Of a stretch of DNA of 64,000 nt, positions 33,701 to 44,525 are shown in pieces. A program made the position numbers and the translations under genes. The DNA comes from Eledone cirrhosa (taxonomy: Eukaryota): contig OZ024740.1 of the NCBI GenBank assembly GCA_964016885.1, forward strand, positions 63,922,001 to 63,986,000, given 5' to 3'. Each line of letters begins with the position of its first letter. Positions within the stretch are counted from its first letter, which is position 1. A model generated the notes under the pieces. It saw only the letters and a list, made by a program, of their open reading frames with translations, was not told the DNA's origin and ran no database searches.

Positions 33701-34269
33701 CATCTCCTCAGTGGCCGTATCTCTGTTCCAGGTATTATTTATCTCAGTATTCAGATCATTGTCTGCTTCGGGTGGTTCCTCCGTTCTCAGGACCTCCTCA
33801 CCTTCATTTCCCACCGGCTCGCTTGTCTGGCATACTACACCCGCCATCTCCAAGCCATTCTCTCTGCTCAGTTCCTCCAGTTCCAGCTCGCTTATCCACC
33901 CATTAGTTCTTATTACCCGAGCCTGCCCGGCCAATTTTTGTTCATCTAATTTAAATAAACCAATCTCGTTCCAGATGTTATGCATCCGCCTCCTGTAGCC
34001 CCTCTCCTTGGGGTTACTTTTCAGGTAGCATTGCATAACAGTTCTATTCAATTCTTTCGTCCAGTTGGTTCTGGCCCCTTTCCTTCTTCTTCTTCCTCCA
34101 ACATCAGCAGTATTTGGTTGACAGTCAGGTTCCTGCTGCTGAGCCAGGGGGCACCTGTTGGGTGAGAGTCTGTCACATGACGTTCTAGTCTCCATTTCAC
34201 CGTTATTCGAACTGTTTATGTTCGATATTTAAACACTCTTATCGAGGATTGGCGAATGTATAGTTACAT
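30733..34269 (-). mobile_element. Intact R4-clade (Dong/Rex6-like) non-LTR retrotransposon
   Basis: Single ORF with RT + CCHC + RLE, short UTRs, 3' end running into (TAA)n. Dong/Rex6 elements are known to associate with TAA repeats. Confidence 0.88.
30806..34195 (-). CDS. RT + zinc knuckle + PD-(D/E)xK restriction-like endonuclease (1129 aa)
   Basis: KSPGPDG, YRPITCL, IDYRKAFD, GIFQGDSLSP, FMDDLKL, YKYLG; CRIC..HIVSEC; RHD; NRPDLVVVD..IVDVACP..EKINRY. Confidence 0.95.
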   Translation of the reverse strand: METRTSCDRLSPNRCPLAQQQEPDCQPNTADVGGRRRRKGARTNWTKELNRTVMQCYLKSNPKERGYRRRMHNIWNEIGLFKLDEQKLAGQARVIRTNGWISELELEELSRENGLEMAGVVCQTSEPVGNEGEEVLRTEEPPEADNDLNTEINNTWNRDTATEEMNADGLGQDSVDILNLVVDELNNDSGRPMNLRFVDRKKLKETTAKVNKVIPYLEARSLHQCNNILKATANTVRKLLGIKARGNNRQERAEPWWKKRLSGQIGEMRNDIGKLESLLNGTLKNIGTKNRLEIKYKTRSKKLNIIIEELKQRIVAKSAKIRRYENRVSQYKQNRMFDNNQKMLFGQLEGKQRGNDLIPGAEQAKTFWRGIWEQDVRHNAQAGWIETVQREIGEQAQQQTDLSITVETLKGQAKKLTNWKSPGPDGVQGYWIKHLTSLHPKLTAMFNDCLVSGEMPEWLTKGTTVLIMKDRIKGNDVTNYRPITCLPVMWKLLTSIVSEEIYHHLHTNNLLPDEQKGCRKKSRGTKDQLLIDKMVMGNCRRRHTDLAMGWIDYRKAFDMVPHSWITKSLEIFRVADNIRQLLGRSMGSWETELTSTGVSLGSVKIKRGIFQGDSLSPLLFVLALMPLTIMLRKVRAGYKLGRGELTINHLLFMDDLKLFGKSEKELDVLVDTVRIFSSDICMQFGIGKCGVIVMKRGRLSRSNGIQIPTGEMIKEIDSEEGYKYLGVLEADGIKNKKMKELLRTEYIRRVRSVLKSHLNSRNAISAVNSRAVSIIRYSAGILRWNVAEQKEMDRKTRKLLTIYNMFHKRSDVDRLYLRRSEGGRGLISIEDCVQMEKNNLYKYVTYSKEPMLRTVLKEGTVGQGMSKEEITSRRKSSLKGKSLHSTFFEKTEFRDPQTWNWLRRGDLKWATEGMLMAAQEQALKTKWLKHHIYKEASPLCRICGEREEPVAHIVSECKHLAQTHYKGWRHDVMGKVIHWHLCKVNNLPHSEKWYEHRPEAVMENSQVKVLWDFRIQTDKKLEHNRPDLVVVDKEKRSCLIVDVACPFDTRVQEKEREKINRYQDLKWEVKRIWNCHEVKVIPIVIGALGTISKGFQGWLKKIGPFTLFGTLQKACLLGTARTLRYVLNI

Positions 34270-35292
34270 AGCCGTCTGTGGATCCGCCATCCCACTTGGC
34301 CCTTGTGTGGCATTATCGCCACGCTGTATACGAACACACATAAACAAACAAACACACAGGCAGAAAGGGCCCCAAAAATGAATAAGCATAAGTTTCATTG
34401 TAATGTAGTATTCGAATGTCTGACTTAGTTTTTGTTTTTTAAGTTTTACTCCCCCCCCCCCCCCCTCTTCTCTGTCCGTCCGCCTGCTTCTCTCTTCATT
34501 CTTATTTTCTTTACGTTTTTGGGGTTTCTTTTTTTGTTTTTGTTTTTCTCTGTTTGTTTTTCTCGTTTTTGCTGTTGTTGCTGTGCTGCTTTGGTTTTGT
34601 TGTTTGTTTTTTCTTTTTTCTTTTGAGTCTATCTATATATTTTGATGCCTTCCTCTTTGTTAGTAGTAGGAATTCTATAATGTGGAAGTAGCAGCCAGCA
34701 GGGGGAAGTGGGAGACTGGCGGCGGTAGCGATACTGAGACAGTGGTGGTGGTGATGTCGATACCGAGGCAGTGGTGGCGGTGATGTGACCGTATTACTGT
34801 AGTGATGGTGCTGTAGCGGTGGCAGTAGTGAAGGAGTCAAGGGGTGGTGGCGGCGGTGATGGGATAGTGGTGGTAATGATGGCCGTAGTGAGCGGTGGCG
34901 GTGAAGGTGAAAATGTCGTTATCTGGCTGTTGTGTTTAGTGTACACAGATGATGGGGTGGGTGGTGTATCTAGTTTCTGGTGTTGGTGAGTTTAGCTGTC
35001 CTATATAGTGTAGCCAGAGGAGAGGAGGGTGGGGGGTGGGGGGGGGTTCTTCTTCTTCCATTTATAGCCATTTTCTTTTTTGGATATACAGTGTACAATA
35101 CAAAGTTGAATATTTGAATATTTGAGCCTTATAACAATATATTTTGGGTCCGAATTTTTGGGGGCTCAAGCCGGGTGCTTTACGTAGCATTTGTACTAAG
35201 AGTTGTTATTTCACAAATGATTTAAATATGTTAAAAATTCAAAACTTACGGGAGCGATTTCATGACCTCCGTCACCTCGTGCGTCTTCTTCC

Positions 35293-35653
35293 CTTATTAC
35301 CCGAGCCTGCCCGGCCAATTTTTGTTCATCTAATTTAAATAAACCAATCTCGTTCCAGATGTTATGCATCCGTCTCCTGTAGCCCCTCTCCTTGGGGTTA
35401 CTTTTCAGGTAGCATTGCATAACAGTTCTATTCAATTCTTTCGTCCAGTTGGTTCTGGCCCCTTTCCTTCTTCTTCTTCCTCCAACATCAGCAGTATTTG
35501 GTTGACAGTCAGGTTCCTGCTGCTGAGCCAGGGGGCACCTGTTGGGTGAGAGTCTGTCACATGACGTTCTAGTCTCCATTTCACCGTTATTCGAACTGTT
35601 TATGTTCGATATTTAAACACTCTTATCGAGGATTGGCGAATGTATAGTTACAT
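35293..35653 (-). mobile_element. Duplicate 5' end (361 bp) of the R4/Dong-like element
   Basis: Matches 33909-34269 (offset 1384) with one substitution seen. Preceded on the minus strand by (TAA)n at 35654-35741. Confidence 0.93.
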
Positions 35654-35673
35654 TTATTATTATTATAGTTACA

Positions 35674-35742
<69 letters not shown>

Positions 35743-35897
35743 TTTTTTTTTTTTCTTTCTTTCTCCTCGTGCAATGGCCATACTCAATAACGAGGGGGCA
35801 GCCATCATGTATGTATGTATGTATGTATGTATGTATGTATGTATGTATGTATGTATGTATGTATGTATGTATGTATGTATGTATGTATGTATGTATG
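35654..35897. repeat. (TTA)n, poly-T, a 40-bp RTE-like 3' stub (35768-35807) and (TATG)n
   Basis: Directly visible. Stub TGGCCATACTCAATAACGAGGGGGCAGCCATC resembles 27988-28020. Confidence 0.85.
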
Positions 35898-38800
35898 TTC
35901 TTCTGGGTTTATAATTTCACAAAGTTTTACCAATAGAGAGAGAGTCGGTTTCCAACATAGACACAAGACTCTCTCATTGGAATTTACACAACATCAACTA
36001 GGTAGATATGTATGTATGTCTGCATGTGTAGATATGGATGTTATTGTATGTGTGGATGTGTATGTTTGAGTTGTATGTGTGCATGTGTATATGCTTTGTA
36101 TCTGTACATGTGTATATGCAGTTATTAGATGCAAAGTTTTGGGAATGTTTTACATATTTTTACTGTTCCATTAATGGATTGTACTTGTAGTTTCCTAACT
36201 AGTTGTGTTCTTTCTGTTCTTGTGAAGCCTAGCTTCTCAAGATTTGTATTGAGGCAGTTACTAACATATCCCAGTGCCCCAATAATCACAGGCATAAATC
36301 TGAAGGTGTAATCAGGGTGGAGCATCTGCAGATTTCTCATCAGTTCTGCATAAATATTCTCCTTTTCACTAATCTTTGATATTATATTGGCATCTGCTGG
36401 GCAGCTAATTTCCACTACTGTGCATGTTTTCTTCTCCCTGTCCCATATCATAATATCTGGTCTGTTATGCCTGCATTTTATTGGGGTTTTTACTGGAACA
36501 TTCCACCAGTACTCTTTCATATTATGTACATGGATTTCTTCCACATTGTTGTAGCTTTTAATGTGTTTATTATCGGGGCTATCTTTTTTACGAACTGCAT
36601 TGTACAGTGTTTTGGCCACTACATCATGCCTCATAGGTAGATAGTACCGCGATGACATCTTTGGATAGCAGCTGATGACATGGGTGATATCCTCGATGTT
36701 AGTTCTGCAGAGTCTGCACTTGTTATCACATCTAGGTGTTTTGCCTGCATCCCTATCTCTTTTGTGAATCAGGTATTTCGTGCTAATCTCCTGTTCTTGG
36801 TTTGCAAAAGCGTATCCTTCAAAGTGGGAGTCAATATAGCGATTGTTGGTCCAAGATAGACTACTTTCCTTATCTATATTACTCTCACTCTGGAGCTTCC
36901 CGGCAACATAACCATGCATGATATTTTGCTGATAAGCATGAAGTTTTTCATCCAAGGATTCACTGCGATACTGCTGAGCGACATCCCTGGGTGTGAGTTT
37001 CTGATTATCACACAGGGAATATCTCTCAAGTAGTTCCTTCCCAACTCTCATGATCTTATCTGTTTCATGCAGATAGACTTGCTCGAGAAGCGGGCTCCTA
37101 CGCTTCGAGGAGTCTATGTCACTGTTGATGTGGAAGTTTCCGGTGTTGTTCAGTATTTTTCGAGTTCCAACATCAACTGTTCGGATTTCGTCTATCGTCC
37201 AATTGAGTATTCCAAACGTTGGTGTTAGGACATGCACAGCAAACACATTGTGAGCCACTGTTTTGTTTTGCGCAGAGAGTTCCGATGACCAGATCTTTCT
37301 TAATCGGGGGTAGTATTCCCTGGTTACGCGTTCTTTATTACAGATACCATTATAGGATATGTTCTCATCTATCCCCAGGTATCTGTAGCAATCCTCATCA
37401 GATAGCGGTGAAACAGTTAGACCATTGATGACAATGTTACTAGATTGGGTTGTTGTTTTTCTCCGCTTTAGAGTCATGTATGAGCATTTATCTTGGCCAA
37501 ACTCCATTCCTATATCCTTTGAGAACGTTGTAACCAGGTCAAGATTTTTCTTCATCCCATCCATGTTCTTGGCATAGAGTTTCAGATCGTCCACAAAGAA
37601 GTTATGCGTTAGGTTCGTATTTCTGTCCTCCCGTGAGCCAATGATGTATCCCTCACATTTCTTGAGCAGAAAGGACAAGGGGTTTAATGACAAGATGAAC
37701 AATATCACAGAGAGACTGTCCCCCTGAAATATACCTCTGTCTTTAACATTAGGATAGTAGCCCAAGAAGAAGACAGCTTCTATATGGCTCTGACAATAAT
37801 GTCTGAGACTTTAGCAAGTTGGAGGGCCTCTATCATCCAAGAGTGGGGAACAGAATCGAAAGCTTTCTTGTAGTCCAGCCAGACTGTAGTCATATTCCTC
37901 CTAAGTTGTCGCACCTCCGACATCGCAGTTTTGTTGATTAGGAATTGTTCAAACCCTTTTCTTTCCAGCTGCTTGTTCATCTGTGATGATGTTATTATTT
38001 TCACAGTGATCTCGGAGGAATAGGTTCAGGCAGGCTGTATACATCCTATACATCAGGTTCTGGCATGCAATGGGTCGGTAGTTTTATGCCAAGTGGGTGT
38101 CTTTGTTTTTGGGGACCAGTAACGTTTGTGCTAATGTCAACCATTCTGGTATAAGTGTATCCCCCTTAAGAACTTGTTGGTAGAGGTCAGTAAGATACCT
38201 CCGATAGAATATTAGTTTTTTGTACCAGTAGCCGACAATCATGTCTCTTCCTGGTGTTTTCTTATCTTGGAGTTTTCCTATCACAGTCTCTAGGGTACCC
38301 TCACTTATTTCGTATGTTTTTGTTGTAATGTAGGAGCAATAGTTCTTTCGGATTTCTCTTAGCCACACTGCATCTTGGTTGAAATTCTTCTTTTCACCCC
38401 ATATTTTTCTCCAAAAGGAATCTATGTCGTTCTGGGATGGGGCCTCAGTGACACTTATTATTTTGCCCTTCATATCTCTATAGACTGATGTTTGGTTTCG
38501 TCTGAATCTTTTATTAAGCATTTTTCTCTCATCTATCTTCTTCAGGTATCGGCGTTTTTCGCTAACAGCTCTCAATTCTTGTTTGAAGGTGATCAGCTTA
38601 TATTGGAGAGTTCTGGTTCTACCGTTACCAAACATCGTCTCTATTTTATTTTTCACTCTTTGTTGGTGAGGAATGAGGTTTTTTTGTGTTTGTTTGCATG
38701 TAAGGAGCATTGCCACATGTCCTATGTTTTTTCGTAGGTCAGCACTCTTTTTTTCTATTTTAGTTATATATGATGGTATTTTTGGTGGTGTTTTGTTCTT

Positions 38801-39507
38801 GTTAATATCTCTGTTATCACCATGTTCTTGGCATAGAGTTTCAGATCGTCCACAAAGAAGTTATGCGTTAGGTTCGTATTTCTGTCCTCCTGTGAGCCAA
38901 TGATGTATCCCTCACATTTCTTGAGCAGAAAGGACAAGGGAATTAAAGACAAGATGAATAATATCAGAGAGAGACTGTCTCCCTGAAAAATACCCCTGCG
39001 ATATTTTATTTTATCAGTGAAAATAGAGTCCTCCTTCTCTATCTTTAACCTTCGGATAGTAGCCCAAGAAGAAGACAATAATGTCTGGGACTTTAGCAAG
39101 TTGGAGGGCCTCTATCATCCAAGAGTGGGGAACAGAATCGAAAGCTTTCCTGTAGTCCAGCCAGACTGTAGCCATATTCCTCCTAAGTTGTCGCACCTCC
39201 GACATCGCAGTTTTGTTGATTAGGAGTTGTTCAACACATCCCCAAACCCCTTTCTTTCCAGCTGCTTGTTCATCTGTGATGATGTTATTATTTTCACAGT
39301 GATCTTGGAGGAATAGGTTCAGGCAGGCTGTATACATCCTATACATCAGGTTCTGGCATGCAATGGGTCGGTAGTTTTATGCCAAGTGGGTGTCTTTGTT
39401 CTTGGGGACCAGTAACGTTTGTGCTAATGTCAACCATTCTGGTATAGGTGTATCTCCCTTAAGAGCTTGTTGGTAGAGATCAGTAAGATAACTCCGATAG
39501 AATATCA
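35898..39507 (-). mobile_element. Degraded second R4-like RLE family, unit 1, with a duplicated RT segment
   Basis: ORFs 38084-38716, 37780-38004 (LDYKKAFD), 36125-37765 (GIFQGDSLS, FVDDLKL, CRLC..HVISC, NRPDIMIWD). About 37560-38215 is repeated at 38821-39505. 3' end runs into (CATA)n. Confidence 0.88.
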
Positions 39508-39528
39508 GTATATATATATGTATGTATG

Positions 39529-40738
39529 TTCTCTGGTTTTATAATTTCACAAATTTTTGCCAATAGTGAGAGAGTCGGTTTCTAACATAGGCACAAGACT
39601 CTCTCATTGGAATTTACACAATATCAACTAGGTAGATATGTATTCATGTCTGCATACATGCATGTGTGTGCAGGTATGGATGTTATTGTTTGTGTGGATG
39701 TGTATGTTTTGAGTTGTATGTGTGCATGTGCATATGTTTTGTATCTGTACAAGTGTATATGCAGTTATTAGATGCAAAATCTTTTTTTACTGTTCCATTA
39801 GTGGATTGTACTTGTAATTTCCTAACTAGTTGTGTTCTTTCTGTTTCCGTGAAGCCCAGTTTCTCAAGATTTGTATTGAGGCAGTTACTAACATATCCCA
39901 GTGCCCCAATAATCACAGGCATAAATCTGAAGGTATAGTCAGGGTGGAGTATCGGCAGATTTCTCATTAGTTCTGCATATATATTCTCCTTTTCGCTAAT
40001 CTTTAATATTATATTGGCATCTGCTGGGCAGCTAACTTCCACTACTGTGCATGTCTTCTTTTCCCTGTCCCATCTCATTACATCTGGTCTGTTATGCCTG
40101 CATTTTATTGTTTTGTTTTACTGGAATATTCCACCAGTACTCTTTCGTATTATGTACATGTATGTCTTCCACATTGCTGTAGCTTTTAATGTGTTTATTA
40201 TCGGGGCTATCTTTTCTACGGATAGCATCGTACAGTGTTTTGGCCAATACATGATGGCTCATAGGTAGATAGTACCGCGATGACATCTTTGAACAGCTAC
40301 TTATGACATGGGTGACATCTTCGATGTTAATTCTGCACAATCTTCACTTGTTGTCACATCTAGGTGTTTTGCCTGCATCCCATCTCTTTTGTGAATCAGG
40401 TATTTTGTATTGATTTCCTGTTCTTGGATTGCAAAAGCGTATCCTTCAAAGTGGGAGCCAATATAGCGGTTGTTGGTCGAGGATAGACTACTTTCCTTAT
40501 CTATACCACTCTCACTCTGGATCTTCCTGGCAACATATCCATGCATGATTTTTTGCTGATAGGCATGCAGTTTTTCATCCATGGATTCACTGTGGTACTG
40601 CTGGGAAACTTCCCCGGGTGTGAGTTTATGATTATCACACAGGGAATATCTTTCAAGTGGTTCCTTCCTAACTCTCATGATCTTATCTATCTCAAGCAGA
40701 TAGACTTGCTCGATAGACGTGCTCCTACGCTTCGAGGT
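39529..40738 (-). mobile_element. Second R4-like RLE family, unit 2 (3' fragment)
   Basis: Homologous to 35898-37110, same 3'UTR, followed by short (CATA)n. Confidence 0.88.
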
Positions 40739-40758
40739 TCGTAAATGTATGTATTTAT

Positions 40759-41117
40759 GTTCTTCTGGTTTTATAATTTTATAAATTTTTTACCAATAGA
40801 ATGAGAGAGAGAGAGCCGGTTTCTAACATAGATTCAAGACTCTTTCATTGGAATTCAGACAACATCAACTAAGTAGATATGTCTGCATGTCTGAATGTAT
40901 GCATGTGTATGCAAGTATGGATGTTATTGTATGTGTGGATGTGTATGTTTTGAGTTATATGTGTGCATATGCATATGTTTTGTATCTGTACATGTGTACA
41001 TGCAGTTATTAGATGCAGAATGTTTGGAATGTTTTACATATATTTACTGTTCTATTAAAGGATTGCACCTGTAATTTCCTAACTAGTCGTGTTCTTTCTA
41101 TTCATGTGAAGCCCAGC
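40759..41117 (-). mobile_element. Second R4-like RLE family, unit 3 (3' end only)
   Basis: Same C-terminus and 3'UTR as units 1 and 2, followed by short (CATA)n. Confidence 0.85.
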
Positions 41118-41660
41118 ATTCTTCTTTCCGTTGTTGCCAGTATCTCTGCCGGAACGTTTAGGTTGGCCATGGTCTTTTCTCTTGTTATGATTTTTGCTGC
41201 CTGGGCCAAACTTTCTTGTCAGAAATGTCCATAGTGTAAAGAGTTTGTGCTTTTGCATTTGGTAACGTTGGTAACGTTGTAGTTGTTGCTGCTGGTGTTG
41301 TCACTCCTTTTGTTGCTGTTTTGCTGCTTTTCACGTTTTGTTGTTGTTGTTGTCGTTGTTAGTGTTGCCGTTGTTGATGTTGTTGGTATTGTTGTCTTTG
41401 TTACAGTTGTTGCTCTCGTTGTTTTCGCTGTTCTTGCTGTTGACGTTGTTGTTGTTGTTGATGCAGTTGTTGATGCTGGCGATGATGCCTGCAGAGGTAG
41501 TTGTGGTGAGGGCGATATCACTCCTCTCAACGTTTGAGCTGCTATCACGTGCTTTATTTCAACTTATCAACAAAACATTTAACCAAATACTAATTTAATT
41601 AACTTAAATCCACAAACCTATTATAGCTCAGAATCGCACGTCTTACACTTTCGTCGCCAA
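41118..41660 (-). mobile_element. Probable 5' stub of a Tx1-like element (5'UTR + ORF1 N-terminus)
   Basis: Thr-rich N-terminus, then MDIS/AKIITREK..LNVPAEI, similar to A1 LDIT..AKRYVTFEK..INSPVEI. Preceded by (ATT)n on the minus strand. Confidence 0.5.
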
Positions 41661-41671
41661 TGATAATAATA

Positions 41672-42530
41672 ACAAATCCCGCCGAGTTTAGCTTTGCCTT
41701 TCGATAAAATAAAACACAAGTAAGTACTGGGGTTGATTTAATCGACTTCCCTCTCCCCCAAATTGCTGGCCTTGTGCCTGAAGTAGAAACAATTATTTAT
41801 AATTGTTTCTACTTTAGGCACAAGGCCAGCAATTACCCAGTGCATTACTGGTACTTTATTTTATCGACCCCGTAAGGATGAAAGGCAAAGTTAACCTCGG
41901 CGGAATTTGAACTCAGACCGTAAAGGGACGTAACTACACTGAAAAGCATGTCCGACCCTCTACTGATACTGCCAATGCACCGGCACAAGGCCAGCAATTA
42001 CCCCAGTGCATTACTCGTGCTTTATTTTATCGACCTCATAAGGATGAAAGGAGAAGTTAACCCCGGCGGATTTGAACTCAGAACGTAAAGGGACATAACT
42101 CTCTGCTGCAAAGCATGGTGTCTGAAGTTCTACCGATACTGCCAATTATAATAATTGTTTCTACTTTTAGCAAAAGGCCAGCAATTATTCCAGTGTATTA
42201 CTGGTACTTTATTTTATCGACCCCGTAAGGATGAAAGGCAAAGTTAACCTCGGCGGGATTTGAACTCAGATCATAAAGGGCTGAAACTCCATGCTGTAAA
42301 GCATGGTGTCCGACCCTCAACCGATACTGCCAATAATAATAATAATAATTGTTTCTACTTTTGGCACAAGGCCAGCAATTACCCAGTACATTACTGGTAC
42401 TTTATTTTATGGACCACGTAAGGATGAAAGGCAAAGTTAACCTCGGCGCGATTTGAACTCAGACCGTAAAGGGACGTAACTATGCTGGAAAGCATGGCGT
42501 CCGACTCTCTACTGATACTGCCAATCCACA
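41672..42530 (-). mobile_element. tRNA-derived SINE cluster: one + partial copy (41672-41795) tail-to-tail with four tandem - copies
   Basis: ~180-bp units at about 41800-41980, 41983-42146, 42152-42333 and 42348-42530, each with A/B boxes; (AAT)n at several junctions. Confidence 0.88.
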
Positions 42531-42569
42531 ATAATAATAATAAAAGTTTTTCGTTTACAAATATTCCCC

Positions 42570-42692
42570 CTCTACAGTACTGGTCAATACTAGGCTACAG
42601 TAGTCACCTGTCCAAAGTATCGTGTAGTAGGATCGAACGAGGAAGCCTTTGGTTGTGAAGCGAACCTCTGAACTACGGCTATTCTTGCACCT
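42570..42692 (-). mobile_element. Second, diverged tRNA-derived SINE
   Basis: Minus strand TAGCCGTAGTTCAGAG...GTTCGATCCT...ACTTTGGACAGGTGACT (tRNA-like head plus CORE-like start). Confidence 0.5.
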
Positions 42693-43217
42693 GGTTTACA
42701 AATTTCACAGAGTTCTTAATAGCAAGTATATTTGATTTAAAGTAGGTACCCGAAGGTGGCATTGGTCTATCGTAGTAAACAGTAGCCTTTAAGTAATATT
42801 ACTATAATTTCTACTCGAGTGAAAGGCGATCTGTGACAGACTAGTACCTTATCCAGGGAGAAATTTATATCTCATCCATTTAACTTAGTAGATATTAAAC
42901 TTATGTAATTTATAAAGTTTAGTATCTTTCAATATAACAGCAATAAAAGTATATTTAATCACAACAATAAACTTATCTTTCAAGCCATAAAATTATTTCT
43001 ACAGTGCTAGTTACATTATAATATATTTAAATTTTTGAACTATCAACCATTACTTTAATGCAAATCAAATACACTGTCAACGAGGAATTAAATTTTCCGC
43101 ATTGTAATATATATCATATGTGTGTATGAAAGTTTATACGATATGATTATGTAAAATAAATGTACGAGAGTCTCAATATGAATTGTTTTTTAAAAACTGT
43201 GATCATGTCCCAACTGT

Positions 43218-43360
43218 CTCAGTTACGGTCCTTTACGTTCTAAGTTCAAGTCCCGCCGAGGCTAGCTTTGCCTTTCATCTTTGCGGGGTCGATAAAATAA
43301 TTTAATCAACTTTCTCCTCTCCCCAAATTACTGGCCTTGTGCTTAAATCAGAAACCATTA
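43218..43360 (+). mobile_element. 5'-truncated copy of the main SINE family
   Basis: AAGTTCAAGTCCCGCCGAGG...GCCTTTCATC...GGCCTTGTGCTTAAATCAGAAAC. Confidence 0.8.
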
Positions 43361-43856
43361 CAAATAATTTGCATACACTTCATCACTAACCTTTAGCAAG
43401 ACAGGTTTTCTTTATAACAACCAATGTATAAAATGAAGAAAGAATATGTTATATCTTGTGGATTTCACTGCGAGGAAACTAACTTTAAGAAATAATTGGA
43501 AAGGGGTATGAATAAAATTGACTAAACAACATAATCTTGACTAGCTGTCCAATCGAACATCCTAGTGAAATTCTGTTGAATAAATTTCAAGGAAGCATTC
43601 ATAAACGTCTTTTGTATACTAGTGTTATTATCGTTTTAGTGAGAAATAAAATCAGTATGAATAACGTCTGTACTTGACTTACCATTTACAATACCGAAAA
43701 GAGGGTCACAGCTAGCAAAAGGTAAGAAAATGAGCACATACATACACATCTACTGACTCTTTCTCGCTCTCGAACACATACACATGCATACACATGTTCA
43801 TATATAGGCAGTATGTGTGAAAGCGAGTGTGAACGTGTATATGTGTGAGTACCTTC

Positions 43857-43899
<43 letters not shown>

Positions 43900-43987
43900 A
43901 TAATAATAAATTTGAAGACTAAAATCCAAAGAGGGCTCGATGAGGATAAATATATATCAAATATATAAGAACTGTAAAGCAAATATT

Positions 43988-44046
43988 TATTAAAATAACA
44001 GATTAAAGTTTAAGCAAAGAATCTTTGCTTAAACTTTAATCTGTTA

Positions 44047-44054
<8 letters not shown>
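43988..44054. repeat. Perfect palindrome, 33-bp arms with 1-nt spacer
   Basis: TATTAAAATAACAGATTAAAGTTTAAGCAAAGA-A-TCTTTGCTTAAACTTTAATCTGTTATTTTAATA. Confidence 0.95.
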
Positions 44055-44128
<74 letters not shown>

Positions 44129-44311
44129 TATATATATGGAATCACACATGTAAATATATATATATATATATATATACACATACAAGCGTATGTATAAATA
44201 TTGAAATTATATGCATATATATATGTAAATACAAAGCTATTTAGTTTTTCTGGCACAATGCAATATACTCTATGCTGATAGATACACAGATAGAAATACA
44301 CGTATACGAAA

Positions 44312-44525
44312 TATCCGCTTCTGGCAGTGGAGACTTCTGGTGTCGTCGGCCCCAGGGCTACCTCCTTATTCACCACCATAGGCGCTGAGCTGGCCAGCCG
44401 CAGGTATGGGCCCCGCTAGTTGGAGTGGCTTTTCCAGCGCGTCTCCCTTGCCGTCCTCCGGGGAAACGCCTTCTCCATTCTGTCCGCTGGGACTGTGGGT
44501 GGGCCCCATCGCGTACCGTTGTAGT
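44312..44525 (+). mobile_element. Small 3' fragment of a CRE-like RLE element
   Basis: YPLLAVETSGVVGP...WLFQRVSLAVLRGNAFSI is homologous to 22400-22560. Confidence 0.72.

Noticed and set aside
41800-42530. Regular ~180-bp repeats resembling a CRISPR array or tRNA gene cluster
   Set aside because: Whole units are homologous with no unique spacers, there are no cas genes, and A/B boxes plus body and tail indicate SINEs rather than tRNA cloverleaves.
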